Of a stretch of DNA of 64,000 bases, positions 47,791 to 58,849 are shown piece by piece. Under the pieces are notes generated by a model. That model was not told where the DNA came from and did no database searches. It was given only the letters and a program-made list of their open reading frames with translations. Where the stretch lies: positions 64,001 through 128,000 of the forward strand of contig CAWBQK010000018.1 of the NCBI GenBank assembly GCA_963791045.1, written 5' to 3'. Each line of letters opens with the position of its first letter. Positions within the stretch are counted from its first letter, which is position 1. The stretch is from Candidatus Latescibacterota bacterium. GTDB taxonomy: Bacteria; Krumholzibacteriota; Krumholzibacteriia; WVZY01. The translations under genes and the position numbers were made by a program.

Positions 47791-48315
47791 ATGCGTGTGC
47801 TTGCTGGTTTGATTTTCGTCCTGAGTTTTGTGTTTGCAACCCCATCGTTTGGGCAAAACACCGCGCCATCGTGTTCGACCATGGTCGGAGTCCCCGGCGT
47901 GGCGATCTACGTGGACTCGCTTTCCGCCGAAATGATCGAAAAGGGAATGACCGAGAATGTCTTTGCCGTCGAGATCGAGCGGCTTCTTCTGGAGGCAGGG
48001 GTGCCGATTCTGCACCCCACCGTCAATGAGGAGGACTTCGAAGTACCCGGAAGCCCGACTCTTTATGTCGGAATCACGACGGTGTTCCAGCTTGGAGACT
48101 CACAGTGTCTCTATGGTATACGTGTGGAATTCACTCAAACGGTTCGCCTGGAGAGGAACCCAGAATATGCCGTCGAGCATGTTCCGACATGGGGCGTGGG
48201 GGGAATAGGCGTGTACGCCGCCGGTTGGCGGGAGGCGATTCTCGAAGACGTCCGGGAATTCACGAGACAGTTCATTGACGCTTACGCGAAGGTTAATCCC
48301 GTTGTCGAAAAGTAG
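47791..48315 (+). CDS. Secreted hypothetical protein (174 aa)
   Basis: GGGAG RBS; signal peptide MRVLAGLIFVLSFVFATPSFG; no family recognised. Confidence 0.7.
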   Translation: MRVLAGLIFVLSFVFATPSFGQNTAPSCSTMVGVPGVAIYVDSLSAEMIEKGMTENVFAVEIERLLLEAGVPILHPTVNEEDFEVPGSPTLYVGITTVFQLGDSQCLYGIRVEFTQTVRLERNPEYAVEHVPTWGVGGIGVYAAGWREAILEDVREFTRQFIDAYAKVNPVVEK

Positions 48316-48763
48316 CTTCTTTGACCGTTTGTTCAAGCTTTCCGCCCTAAAGGACGAGCCCTCGGACCCGACGCCGGTTCCCCGTGACGATATTGCTGTC
48401 GGCCGGGAGAAAGAAGACACGCTGGAAGCGTTCAATGTTACAAAGAACAGAATTGTTGCCCGTCGAGTCGACTGGTCCGGCAGCAGCGCGACCCGCCGCA
48501 AGGGTCTTCTGGGGCGTGATCGGATTGACGATGATGAGGGAATGTACATCGTGCCCACACAGTGGATTCATATGTTCGGGATGCGCTTTCCGATTGACGT
48601 GGCGTTTCTCGACGGAGATGGGCGGGTCATCCATATTCATCACCGCTTGAAGCCGAACCGTTTGTCTCGAATCGTGTGGCGAGCCGAGGGAGCGCTCGAA
48701 CTGGCCGCCGGCGTCCTCGAGGCAACTGAAACCACAATCGGGGATTTTATCGAACTCCGGTAA
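48275..48763 (+). CDS. DUF192 family protein
   Basis: RRKGLLGR...EGMYI...IHMFGMRFPIDVAFLD...ALELAAG. Start uncertain (possibly TTG 48302). Confidence 0.88.
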   Translation: MTLTRRLIPLSKSSFFDRLFKLSALKDEPSDPTPVPRDDIAVGREKEDTLEAFNVTKNRIVARRVDWSGSSATRRKGLLGRDRIDDDEGMYIVPTQWIHMFGMRFPIDVAFLDGDGRVIHIHHRLKPNRLSRIVWRAEGALELAAGVLEATETTIGDFIELR

Positions 48764-49087
48764 ACTTTGCGCACTCACCGTCACTCATTCTGCAAACCCC
48801 ACGTGTCAAAAAACCTTTCCACTTGAGTATCACCATACCGGCGCGCCGGGAATGATTAACCCTCTTGTGAACGTATGAGGAACAATGGGGAACATTTCTG
48901 GGACAAGCCCGAAAATTGCATAGGCACTGTTGGTATTTCCCCAGCTTGTTGTGGGTAGATCCCCGAAAAAGCGGGGATTCACGGGGATGCCGCCAAGGAT
49001 CCGATTGAAGACAAAGACTGATTTCAGCCATAAAATACAACAGGTTAGCAGCAAATGTTGCCGCTTGTAATTGATGGCACCGGATTT

Positions 49088-49103
49088 TGGCGTAGGAATT
49101 GCC
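49088..49103 (+). promoter_or_regulatory. Sigma-54 (-24/-12) promoter of the flp/tad operon
   Basis: TGGCGTAGGAATTGCC with GG-N10-GC spacing, about 95 nt upstream of the flp ATG; IHF-like ATACAACAGGTTA at 49035-47. Confidence 0.55.
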
Positions 49104-49197
49104 TTACGGTTATTGCCGCGCAACAAATACTGGTTTTTGCGGCGTTTCTAAATCGGCAGCTTTCTCAAGAAATTTTCATCGTCGAAAGGAAAAATCG

Positions 49198-49371
49198 ATG
49201 AATTACCTGAAGAGAATCCTGCGGGAAGAAAATGGACAGGACATGGTCGAGTACGGTCTTCTGGCTGCTTTTATCTCGATCGTTGCTATTGCCGCCCTCC
49301 AGGCGATCGGCCCCCTCGTCAGCGCGATCTACACATCGATCCAGAACGCTTTGACGACACCGGCGTCCTAA
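49198..49371 (+). CDS. flp: Flp family type IVb/c pilin
   Basis: MNYLKRILREENG|QDMVEYGLL: G cleavage site, E5-Y6, hydrophobic helix; AAAGGA RBS. Confidence 0.95.
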   Translation: MNYLKRILREENGQDMVEYGLLAAFISIVAIAALQAIGPLVSAIYTSIQNALTTPAS

Positions 49372-49433
49372 GAAGAGTGTGAATGGAAAGGTTTGTTGGG
49401 GATACGTAGAACCCATGAGGAGATTTTGATAAC

Positions 49434-50018
49434 GTGAGCCATACGCCTTTAACAATATGGTGCATAGTCCTGACTATCGTCGTGGTTGCCATGGCGGTCA
49501 TAACGGATCTGCTGTGGCGGCGTATCCCCAACCTCCTCACCTTTCCCGCTCTCGGTTTGGCCATTGCTTTACGCATAGCATTTCAGGGGTGGGTCGGCCT
49601 CGGGCTGGCCCTTGCAGGCGCATTCCTTGCGCCGACCCTGCTCCTGGTCATGCACGGAGGCAAGGGTCTCGGAATGGGTGATCTAAAACTCGCCGCCGCG
49701 ATCGGAGCCATCCTGGGTCCTGCACTCGCGGTCGCTTCAATGCTTTTAGCAGCCGTCGCCGGTGGAATACTCGGTATCGTTATGATGCTGAAGCCGGGCG
49801 GCGCTCTCAGAAATTTTATTAGCGTAATTTCAATTGGACTCCCGTTTCGTAAGAAAACGGGAAATGACGAGCCGGCGCCAGATGATTCGCCGGCCGTATT
49901 AACAATGCCGTATGGTGTCGCCATCGGTGCTGGATCACTCATGACTCTGGCGGTGTACTGGTGGACAGGAAACGAAAACTGGTTTCTTTCGTTCGTAGGA
50001 ATCGCGGGCAAGCTGTAA
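49434..50018 (+). CDS. cpaA: Prepilin peptidase (A24 family, CpaA/TadV)
   Basis: TD...RRIPN, GMGDLKL, MPYGVAI; polytopic. Confidence 0.93.
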   Translation: MSHTPLTIWCIVLTIVVVAMAVITDLLWRRIPNLLTFPALGLAIALRIAFQGWVGLGLALAGAFLAPTLLLVMHGGKGLGMGDLKLAAAIGAILGPALAVASMLLAAVAGGILGIVMMLKPGGALRNFISVISIGLPFRKKTGNDEPAPDDSPAVLTMPYGVAIGAGSLMTLAVYWWTGNENWFLSFVGIAGKL

Positions 50019-50377
50019 TTGAGTTCGCTCTGGTTCTTCCTCTGCTCCTTGTGATTTTGTTTGGCATCGTTGAGTTCGCAAGGGCCTGGATGACAATGAG
50101 TGTTCTGACATCGGCAGCTCGCGAAGGCGCGCGTCTGGCGGCTGTGACAGCTCCGGATGTGTCGGCCGTGACCACGCGGGTCAATGAAGTATGCAATTCC
50201 GCGGGTCTAACAGTTAAAGGTGTGACGGTGACGGCGCCTGATTCAGAAGATCCGACCCGCCGGTTGTCCGTCACGGTAGAAACTGATTTTACGGTCCTCC
50301 TGGGGAGACTCCTGGGGACTTTTAATGGAACGATACCATTGCGTGCCACGTCTGTGATGCGCCATGAGAGTGTCTGA
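49961..50377 (+). CDS. tadE: TadE-like pseudopilin
   Basis: RG|QAVIEFALVLPLLLVILFGIVEF...AAREGARLA. Confidence 0.93.
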   Translation: MDRKRKLVSFVRRNRGQAVIEFALVLPLLLVILFGIVEFARAWMTMSVLTSAAREGARLAAVTAPDVSAVTTRVNEVCNSAGLTVKGVTVTAPDSEDPTRRLSVTVETDFTVLLGRLLGTFNGTIPLRATSVMRHESV

Positions 50378-50400
50378 TATTTTGGCTGGGGAGGTCAAAA

Positions 50401-51276
50401 ATGGATAAGAAAGGTGTCGCATTTCTGCTCGTAGCGACAATGTTGGCAGCCGCCGCTGGTGGGGCCGTTTATCTCTATCTAAAGGGGATGCCGGTTGCCC
50501 AGGCGGAAGCGCCCGAGACAATTCCCGTCGTCGTCGCGACGAAGGACATGACGTTCGGAACGACACTTGGTGATGAACACCTCAGAGTTGTGCCGTTCCC
50601 GAAAGAATCGGTCCCCCCGGGATCGTATTCCTCGGTAGACAGCGTGTTTCTGCAGACCACGAAGGTCTTCCTTGCAGAAGGCGAACCGGTCCTCGCGTCC
50701 AAACTCTCCGCGATCGGCGGTGGGTTGTCGGTGCGCGTTTCGGAGAACATGCGCGCCATGAGCCTCAATGTGAACGACGTCACCGGTGTGAGCGGCTTCG
50801 TTCTCCCGGGTGACCGTGTCGATGTTCTCGTGACCGTCAACAACGCGGCGGGCTCGAATGTCGCCGTCACAAAGACGATTCTCCAGAATATCGAAGTTCT
50901 TGCGGCGGGAGCCAAAACCGAGAACAAGGGCAGCCAACACATTACCGTGCAAACGGTGACATTGCTCGTCGAACCCGACGGAGCCGAAAAACTCGCCCTC
51001 GGTGTTGATCAGGGCAAGGTCCACCTCGCGTTGAGAAACCCGGTGGATCATGTAGTTGTCGACGCCAAATCCCAGAACACAAAAACGGTCCTTGGACTCA
51101 ACAGCTCGAAGAAGGCTACGCGCCGCCGTACGACGCCGCGGAAGCCTACGATCACGACAACCAAAAAGGAACCCGTTGAGATCGACCCGACCTTTACCGT
51201 CATCCGCGATGGAAAGATCCTCAAGCAGGAATCCCCCACGGGGAAGTCGGACGATGAAGATTCGGAGAAAAAGTAA
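50401..51276 (+). CDS. cpaB: Flp pilus assembly protein CpaB/RcpC
   Basis: N-terminal TM, SAF domain VVVATKDM, MRAMSL...GVSGFVLPGDRVDVL, ILQNIEVLA, LALRNP. Confidence 0.95.
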   Translation: MDKKGVAFLLVATMLAAAAGGAVYLYLKGMPVAQAEAPETIPVVVATKDMTFGTTLGDEHLRVVPFPKESVPPGSYSSVDSVFLQTTKVFLAEGEPVLASKLSAIGGGLSVRVSENMRAMSLNVNDVTGVSGFVLPGDRVDVLVTVNNAAGSNVAVTKTILQNIEVLAAGAKTENKGSQHITVQTVTLLVEPDGAEKLALGVDQGKVHLALRNPVDHVVVDAKSQNTKTVLGLNSSKKATRRRTTPRKPTITTTKKEPVEIDPTFTVIRDGKILKQESPTGKSDDEDSEKK

Positions 51277-51331
51277 CCGCTCTCCGTCAGTGAGCGGAGA
51301 GTACGAAGAGGTAATCAGGTAGTTTTCTCGA

Positions 51332-52471
51332 ATGGAGTTCCAGATGTCGTTCCTAAATCAAAAAAATAGAGTATGGCTGCTCGCCGTCGCCGCAGTATTG
51401 ATAGTCTCATTCCTCCCCAGCACCTCTGCGGCGAAGAACGAAAAGCTTCAGGTAACGGTTGGGCAGTCGATGACTCACAAACTTGGCAACACGGTTAAGA
51501 CCGTTTCGATCGCCAACTCTGATGTCGCCGACGTAATCGTCGCCGGTCCCCGGGAAGTATTGATAAACGGCAAGAGCATCGGTCTGACCACTCTTGTCAT
51601 CTGGGATCAGAACAATGTGTCGAACGTATTCGACGTTGTGGTTCGCGGTCCGTTCAGCGATCAAAAGATCGAACTCCGGGTGAAGGTTGCCGAGATCAAT
51701 CGCACCAGGGCGTTCGAGCTTGGATTTGATTTCCTGTATGCGACCGAGCACAATGGTGACCAGTATCTCGGCGGCACGTTCGGCGGCTCCGTTTCCGAAC
51801 CCTCTGTCCCGTTGTCGATCTTTGACGGCATACCCACGCCGGACGCCCAGGGGATATTTCGTTGGATATCGGGAAGCAGTGAGTTTCAGACGATGATCAA
51901 TGCGGCGGTGTCAAACGGCGTGCTGCACGTCCTCTCGGAACCGAATGTTATAGCCGCTAGTGGTGAGAAAGCTGAATTCCTCTCCGGCGGTGAGATACCG
52001 GTCCCCATCGCGTCGGCCGGAGCTCAGGGCGGATCGACGGTGACCATTGAATGGAAAGAATTCGGTACGAAGGTCGTATTCATTCCGACGATCGTTGACT
52101 CTAACGTCATAAACCTCCACGTGGCCCCCGAAGTGAGCAGCCTCGACTACAGCAATGGTGTCGAGATCAGCGGCTTCACCATCCCTTCGCTTCGCACGCG
52201 CAGGGCCGAAACCACCGTTGAGCTCAGAGATCAGGAGACCCTGGTAATCGGCGGGTTGATAACGGAGGAAACGATTAAGGTCCGGACGCGGATTCCGCTC
52301 CTCGGCCACATTCCTTTGCTTGGTTATCTGTTCAGCGATATTGAAAACAGGACGACTGAAAGCGAACTCGTTATCGTCGTCACGCCTCATTTGGTACGGG
52401 CGCTTCCGCCCGGAACGGAAGTCGAGTTGCCCCAGATCGACGAAGAGGGCAAGGACAAGAGAACAAAATAG
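51332..52471 (+). CDS. cpaC: Tad secretin CpaC/RcpA
   Basis: T2SS-T3SS_pil_N segment SIANSDVADV...GKSIGLTTL; secretin motifs EPNVIAASGEKAEFLSGGEIP, RIPLLGHIPLLGYLF, ELVIVVTP. Start may be 51344. Confidence 0.93.
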   Translation: MEFQMSFLNQKNRVWLLAVAAVLIVSFLPSTSAAKNEKLQVTVGQSMTHKLGNTVKTVSIANSDVADVIVAGPREVLINGKSIGLTTLVIWDQNNVSNVFDVVVRGPFSDQKIELRVKVAEINRTRAFELGFDFLYATEHNGDQYLGGTFGGSVSEPSVPLSIFDGIPTPDAQGIFRWISGSSEFQTMINAAVSNGVLHVLSEPNVIAASGEKAEFLSGGEIPVPIASAGAQGGSTVTIEWKEFGTKVVFIPTIVDSNVINLHVAPEVSSLDYSNGVEISGFTIPSLRTRRAETTVELRDQETLVIGGLITEETIKVRTRIPLLGHIPLLGYLFSDIENRTTESELVIVVTPHLVRALPPGTEVELPQIDEEGKDKRTK

Positions 52472-52539
52472 CACCACGAGGTATTACAAGCATGTCCGCT
52501 CAAAAAAATATCAGGATGGAGAAGGGACGCGACTGGGCG

Positions 52540-53622
52540 ATGAAGACGCTCAAGTGTCAAAAAGGCAGCGTGATCATCATGGTCGTGGTGACCCTGATCG
52601 CTCTGTTCGCGTTTGCCGTCGTCGCGATTGATGGCGCGGTTCTCGTCACATCCAAAGCCCAGCTTCAATCCGCCGCCGATGCCGCCGCACTTGCCGGCGC
52701 GTCGGGCCTGGTCGAAGGCTCGGACGATCTTGCTGTTGAGCGGGCCATCGCCTACGCATCCTATAACACCGCGGTTGAGAGGCATCAGACTCCGGTGATC
52801 ATCGACGCCGGGGATGTGACCTTCCCCGATATAGATGTGTGCCGGGTTCGGACGCACCGGACCGAGGCGACGGGCGATGCCCTGAGAACATATTTTCTCC
52901 AGGTCATCACGCCCGGCAGGGACAGCGGGGACATGGCGGCCGTGGCCGCTGCTCGCGCGTTCGACGTCTGTGGTTCAAAGTGTCTCAAGCCGTGGGCGAT
53001 TCCCGACCGCTGGGATGACGCGAACGGCAACGACGCCTGGGACGAGGGAGAACTTTACGATCCCGACGCTACGGGTTATATCGCGCCCTACGATGTTGGA
53101 GCCCGGATCGTTCTTAAAGTTGGCAACCCGCACACGACGGTTGCACCTGGCATCTTTTATCCGGTCGACTTTCCGCCGTTGAACAACGATCTGGGAATGA
53201 AGCCGGAAACCGGCGCCTCGGTATACGAGTCGTGGATCGCCGGTTGTTCGCCTTATATGATCGAGGAGGGTGACCAACTCCAGCTCGAACCTGGAAACAT
53301 GGTGGGCCCGACCGCTCATGGAATGGAAGATCTTATTGCCCAGGATCCGGGCGCCCGCTGGGATCCCGGCACGAAATCGATCGTTGGCTCGGCATACGGC
53401 TCGAGTCCTCGAGTCGGACTGGTGCCGTTTTTTGATCCTACGTTGTCGCCGGAGTCCGGCCGCAACTACGTGACGGTTGCAAAAATTGGCGCGTTCTTTA
53501 TAGAAGACATTGGTGGCGGTGGGGAAGTCACCGGGCGGTTTATTCAAATAACCACGTCCGGTGTACCGTGTGGATACGGACTTGGAACATCGTTGGTAAA
53601 AGGCATTTTGTTGGTCGAGTAG
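52540..53622 (+). CDS. tadG: TadG-like pilus assembly protein
   Basis: KGSVIIMV...AVVAIDGA...QLQSAADAAALAGA Tad motif; no vWA domain seen. Start could be 52492 or 52516. Confidence 0.85.
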   Translation: MKTLKCQKGSVIIMVVVTLIALFAFAVVAIDGAVLVTSKAQLQSAADAAALAGASGLVEGSDDLAVERAIAYASYNTAVERHQTPVIIDAGDVTFPDIDVCRVRTHRTEATGDALRTYFLQVITPGRDSGDMAAVAAARAFDVCGSKCLKPWAIPDRWDDANGNDAWDEGELYDPDATGYIAPYDVGARIVLKVGNPHTTVAPGIFYPVDFPPLNNDLGMKPETGASVYESWIAGCSPYMIEEGDQLQLEPGNMVGPTAHGMEDLIAQDPGARWDPGTKSIVGSAYGSSPRVGLVPFFDPTLSPESGRNYVTVAKIGAFFIEDIGGGGEVTGRFIQITTSGVPCGYGLGTSLVKGILLVE

Positions 53623-53635
53623 TAAAGGAGAGGGA

Positions 53636-54823
53636 ATGGCTTCGTCGAATGGTAATCGCCCGCTTAGGCTTATCGTTGTCGACAGTGACAGGGGTTCGCG
53701 ACTCTACATCAAACGCAGATTGAACGGAAACGGTGTTCGCGTTATTGGCGAGGCGGACAACGGCCAGGCCGGTTTGCGGCTCGTCCGAGGTCTCCAGCCC
53801 GACGTCGTGCTCCTCGAGCTCGAAGCGATCCCGGATCACACACTCGATCTCGTCAAGAGCATCCGTGATGAGCTTCCCGACACGGGGATCATACTGAGTT
53901 CGCACGAAACGTCACCCCAGCTGATACTCAATTGTATCAGGGCCGGGGCACAGGAGTTCGTGTCGAGACCGATGGACATCGCAGAGCTCGAGAAGGCGTT
54001 CGACCACGTTCGCAAGCTCCTCGAGAGAACGGTGCCCAACGGCAAGAAGCGGGGCAAGGTAGTCTCGGTATTCGCCGCCAAGGGCGGGATCGGAACGACA
54101 TCGACGGTGACCAACCTCGGCGTGGCTCTCGCGAGCCGGCCGGAAACAAAGACCGTGGTCGTGGACTTGAGCTTTCATATGGGTGATCTGGGTCTCATGC
54201 TCGATCAACCGCCGAGATACAGTCTCAACGACGCTTTCGACGAAGAGGGCGCCGTCGATTCGTCGAAGCTTCCATCGATTATCAGTCAGCATGACTCCGG
54301 GCTCTACCAGGTGACCGTTGCGGCGAGCCCCGAAGTAAGCGACGAGATTTCGGCCAGCCATATGGTCGAGTTGTTTGGATACCTCAACGCGATGTTTGAC
54401 TACGTCGTCGTGGATCTGGGCCGGCATCTCGATGACAGGACCATTGAAGTATTGACACTGTCGGACGCGGTGCTGTTCCTCTCGTGCCTGGATCTGCCAT
54501 CCATTAGAAATGTCAAACGCTATCTGGAAATTTTCGAAGAACTGGAGATCGAGAGCGACCAGATCCACCTGGTCGTAAACCGGTTTCACAAGAAGAGCCG
54601 TCTTACATTGAGCGATCTCGAGACGGCCGTTGGACTCGAGACATTCTGGACAATACCAAATGATTTCGCACCGGTAAGCCTCGGTATCGACCGCGGCAAT
54701 CCCGCAGTGCTCGAGGCTCCCAAATCGAAGGTGTCTCAAAATATCAAAGATCTGGCCGAGTGTGTCTGCGAACTGTACAGCGTTGAGTCCGCAGAAAACT
54801 CGATGGAAACGGCCACGAACTGA
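53636..54823 (+). CDS. cpaE: CpaE/TadZ: atypical receiver domain + MinD/ParA-like ATPase
   Basis: Receiver fold (PDVVLLE, AGAQEFVSRP); VVSVFAAKGGIGTTS; FDYVVVD, LVVNR, IPND. Confidence 0.92.
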   Translation: MASSNGNRPLRLIVVDSDRGSRLYIKRRLNGNGVRVIGEADNGQAGLRLVRGLQPDVVLLELEAIPDHTLDLVKSIRDELPDTGIILSSHETSPQLILNCIRAGAQEFVSRPMDIAELEKAFDHVRKLLERTVPNGKKRGKVVSVFAAKGGIGTTSTVTNLGVALASRPETKTVVVDLSFHMGDLGLMLDQPPRYSLNDAFDEEGAVDSSKLPSIISQHDSGLYQVTVAASPEVSDEISASHMVELFGYLNAMFDYVVVDLGRHLDDRTIEVLTLSDAVLFLSCLDLPSIRNVKRYLEIFEELEIESDQIHLVVNRFHKKSRLTLSDLETAVGLETFWTIPNDFAPVSLGIDRGNPAVLEAPKSKVSQNIKDLAECVCELYSVESAENSMETATN

Positions 54824-54849
54824 ACCCACTGACCTGAGGAGATAGAACA

Positions 54850-56258
<1,409 letters not shown>

Positions 56259-56259
<1 letters not shown>

Positions 56260-57230
56260 TGGATTTCCAGCTTCTCATACCGAGTATCGGTGCGTTCCTG
56301 GCAGTGGTGTGTTTTGCCACGGGCGTGCTGTTCGTCGCGAGAGCCCAGGCCAACAGGCGGGTTCGCGACAGATTACAGGATGTAATTCTGCTCGGTGAGG
56401 GTGAACAAGGCGCCAAGGCGGTTATTCTCCGCGACATGGAATTGAGCACGATACCGTTTCTGAACGATCTGCTCAAGCATGCCAAATGGGCTCAGAAATT
56501 GGACAACCTCCTCGTGCAGGGTGACCTTCCGCTGCGCCTGGGGACTTTCCTCTCCCTTATGGGATTTCTGGGGGCCGCAGGCATTTTCGTGACCGCCGGG
56601 TTTTTTCATCGGCCGTTTATAGCGCTACCCGTCGGCCTGCTGGCCGCGTCGGTGCCGCTCATCTATGCAAAACAAAGGAAAGCCAAACGCCTTCGCCAGT
56701 TTGAACAACAGTTCCCCGATGCGCTCGATATGCTCAACCGCGCCCTCCGAGCGGGGCTTGCCATGAACGGAGCGATTCAGATCGTTGCCGATGAAGCTCC
56801 CGACCCGGTGGCGCAAGAGTTCCGCGTGCTGTTTGAAGAAAACAGGCTCGGACTCGACCTGAGGGAAGCATTGAAGAAACTCGCCGGGCGAGTCGAAAGC
56901 TCCGAGCTTCATCTCTTTGTGACGGCCGTCATTCTCCAGAGGGAAACGGGTGGTAACCTTGCGGAGATCCTCGAGAGAACAGCGGAGATTATCCGCGATC
57001 GTTTCCGGATTCTTGGAGACGTGCGGACGCTGACCGCGCAGGCGCGAATGTCGGGATTCATTCTGACAATCCTGCCGCTTGCCATGGCCGGCATAATCAT
57101 GTTCGTCGCGCCGGATTATCTCAAGGGAATGCTCGCTGACCCGGTAGGACGCTACCTGGCCGTTACGGCGGTAGTGTTACAGATCATAGGTTTCCTGGTT
57201 ATGCGGAAGATCGTCAACATAAAGGTGTAG
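56259..57230 (+). CDS. tadB: TadB (T2SS F-domain inner-membrane platform)
   Basis: QFPDALDML.RALRAG, LQRETGGNLAEIL, TLTAQARMS. Confidence 0.95.
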
Positions 57231-57233
57231 GTC

Positions 57234-58172
57234 ATGATTCTGTATCTTGTTCCCATTCTTACCGCTCTTACGTTACTGGCCGCCGCCGCCGCGTTCTATC
57301 AGATCCAGCTCCGCAGGGGCGACGTGTCCGAACGCTTGAAGCGAGTCGTCGACGGGTCAGGGACGCACGAGCCCCAGGCTGCAACCGTAGACTCGGCGGA
57401 TTCGCCGCTTCCGATCTATCTGAGACTGGTGACGTTCTTCTCATGGCTTATGCCGGGTCATATCTATTCTGAGACCCTTCAGTGGGAACTCGCGCAGGCG
57501 GGACACGGTCACATGGAAGCGCGAAAGGTGTTCGCCGGATCGCGTGTCATATCGATCATCGTCTTTGGACTCGCGACATTTATAACCGTCTGGACTTTTC
57601 ACCTGGCGCCGCAGGAGATTCTGATTATCACCGGAGTTGGAACCCTTTTTGGTTTCTTCCTTCCGATGATGGTCCTCCGTTATCAGCAGAACAAGCGGCA
57701 GTGGGCGATTACGCTGGCGCTCCCCGATGCGCTCGACCTCCTTGTCATTTGCGTCGAGGCCGGGCAGGGGCTGAACGCGGCGCTCTTGAAAGTGGGCCGT
57801 GAATCCGAACACCAGGCAAAAGAGCTTTCCTACGAATTGAGGACAGTTAATAACGAAATGCGGGCGGGTATTGCACGGACGCAGGCTCTTCGAAATTTCG
57901 CACTTCGCACGGGTGTGGATGAGATCCGGGCTCTCGTCGCCGTCATGATTCAGAGTGACAGATTCGGTACGAGCATCGCCACCGCGCTTCGGACACATGC
58001 CGAATCGCTTCGTATCCGCCGGCGTCAGCGGGCGGAAGGGGCCGCGCGAAAAGCGCCCGTAAAACTTGTATTTCCTTTGGTATTTTGCATTTTTCCCGAG
58101 CTACTTGTCGTGATTCTTGCACCTGGAATGCTCGAACTATTCCGGGCGCTGTCCAAAATGGTAGCGAACTAA
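57234..58172 (+). CDS. tadC: TadC (T2SS F-domain inner-membrane platform)
   Basis: LPDALDLLVICVEAGQGL, QSDRFGTSI, RRQRAE..ARKAPVKLVFPLV. Confidence 0.95.
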   Translation: MILYLVPILTALTLLAAAAAFYQIQLRRGDVSERLKRVVDGSGTHEPQAATVDSADSPLPIYLRLVTFFSWLMPGHIYSETLQWELAQAGHGHMEARKVFAGSRVISIIVFGLATFITVWTFHLAPQEILIITGVGTLFGFFLPMMVLRYQQNKRQWAITLALPDALDLLVICVEAGQGLNAALLKVGRESEHQAKELSYELRTVNNEMRAGIARTQALRNFALRTGVDEIRALVAVMIQSDRFGTSIATALRTHAESLRIRRRQRAEGAARKAPVKLVFPLVFCIFPELLVVILAPGMLELFRALSKMVAN

Positions 58173-58227
58173 CTAATAACGGAGCGAGATTGCGGTTAGT
58201 CAATTAGTGAGAGAGAGGAGGTCAGAT

Positions 58228-58344
58228 ATGTCGTTCAACATGATTCTTCTGATTCTTGGCGTCGTGTTTGGTATCGCTTACTTCGCCAAGCGCAGCCATC
58301 GCAAACAAAAGGATATGAAGATGCGCGCAAAGCGGAGCGCATAA
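58228..58344 (+). CDS. Small 38-aa single-TM protein with basic tail (below the ORF-track cutoff)
   Basis: GAGGAGG RBS 6 nt before ATG; MSFNMILLILGVVFGIAYFAKRSHRKQKDMKMRAKRSA*. Confidence 0.7.
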   Translation: MSFNMILLILGVVFGIAYFAKRSHRKQKDMKMRAKRSA

Positions 58345-58360
58345 GCACGAAAATGAAATT

Positions 58361-58398
58361 GGGGCGGGGGCGGTCCTTTGGTCGCACCGCCCCTGTTC
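58361..58398 (+). terminator. Possible terminator hairpin after the tad operon
   Basis: GGGGCGG...GCGGTC-cttt-GGTCGC-a-CCGCCCC with only a weak TGTT tail. Confidence 0.4.
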
Positions 58399-58452
58399 AA
58401 CCGACTAACGGTTCGGGAACCTCAACTGAATATAGCAACACAGGAGGAACCG

Positions 58453-58680
58453 TTGAAAAGGTTAAAGAAATTAATTCGCGGACAAAGCGGACAGGATATG
58501 GTCGAGTACGGCTTGCTCGCCGCGACCATTTCTCTGGTTGCCGTATCCGCGCTTTTGTATTTCAGCCCCGTGCTCAAACCGATCTACTACAGCGTCCAGG
58601 ACGCCGTACGCCGTGCCGCAAACTCCAACCCCGGGAACCCCGGTGATGGCGGACGTGGCGGCGACAGACCCACCTCGTAA
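58453..58680 (+). CDS. flp: Second Flp pilin with Gly/Pro-rich C-terminal extension
   Basis: CAGGAGG RBS before TTG; LKRLKKLIRGQSG|QDMVEYGLL...NPGNPGDGGRGGDRPTS. Confidence 0.88.
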   Translation: MKRLKKLIRGQSGQDMVEYGLLAATISLVAVSALLYFSPVLKPIYYSVQDAVRRAANSNPGNPGDGGRGGDRPTS

Positions 58681-58849
58681 TTCGCATCCACTGCTTCGAG
58701 AATAGGACCATGCGGCCTGAGCACCGGACAAATCGGATGCGCCGCTTTATGGGTAGCCTTCGATCCAATCCTTGTTAGATCAATATGATATAATTATATT
58801 GTCATCGAGACCCCACATCGAGCACACAAACGACCGATGGAGGCCCGGC

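Noticed and set aside
51280-51301. Hairpin CTCTCCG/CGGAGAG between cpaB and cpaC
   Set aside because: Short 7-bp stem with no U-tract; could be chance.
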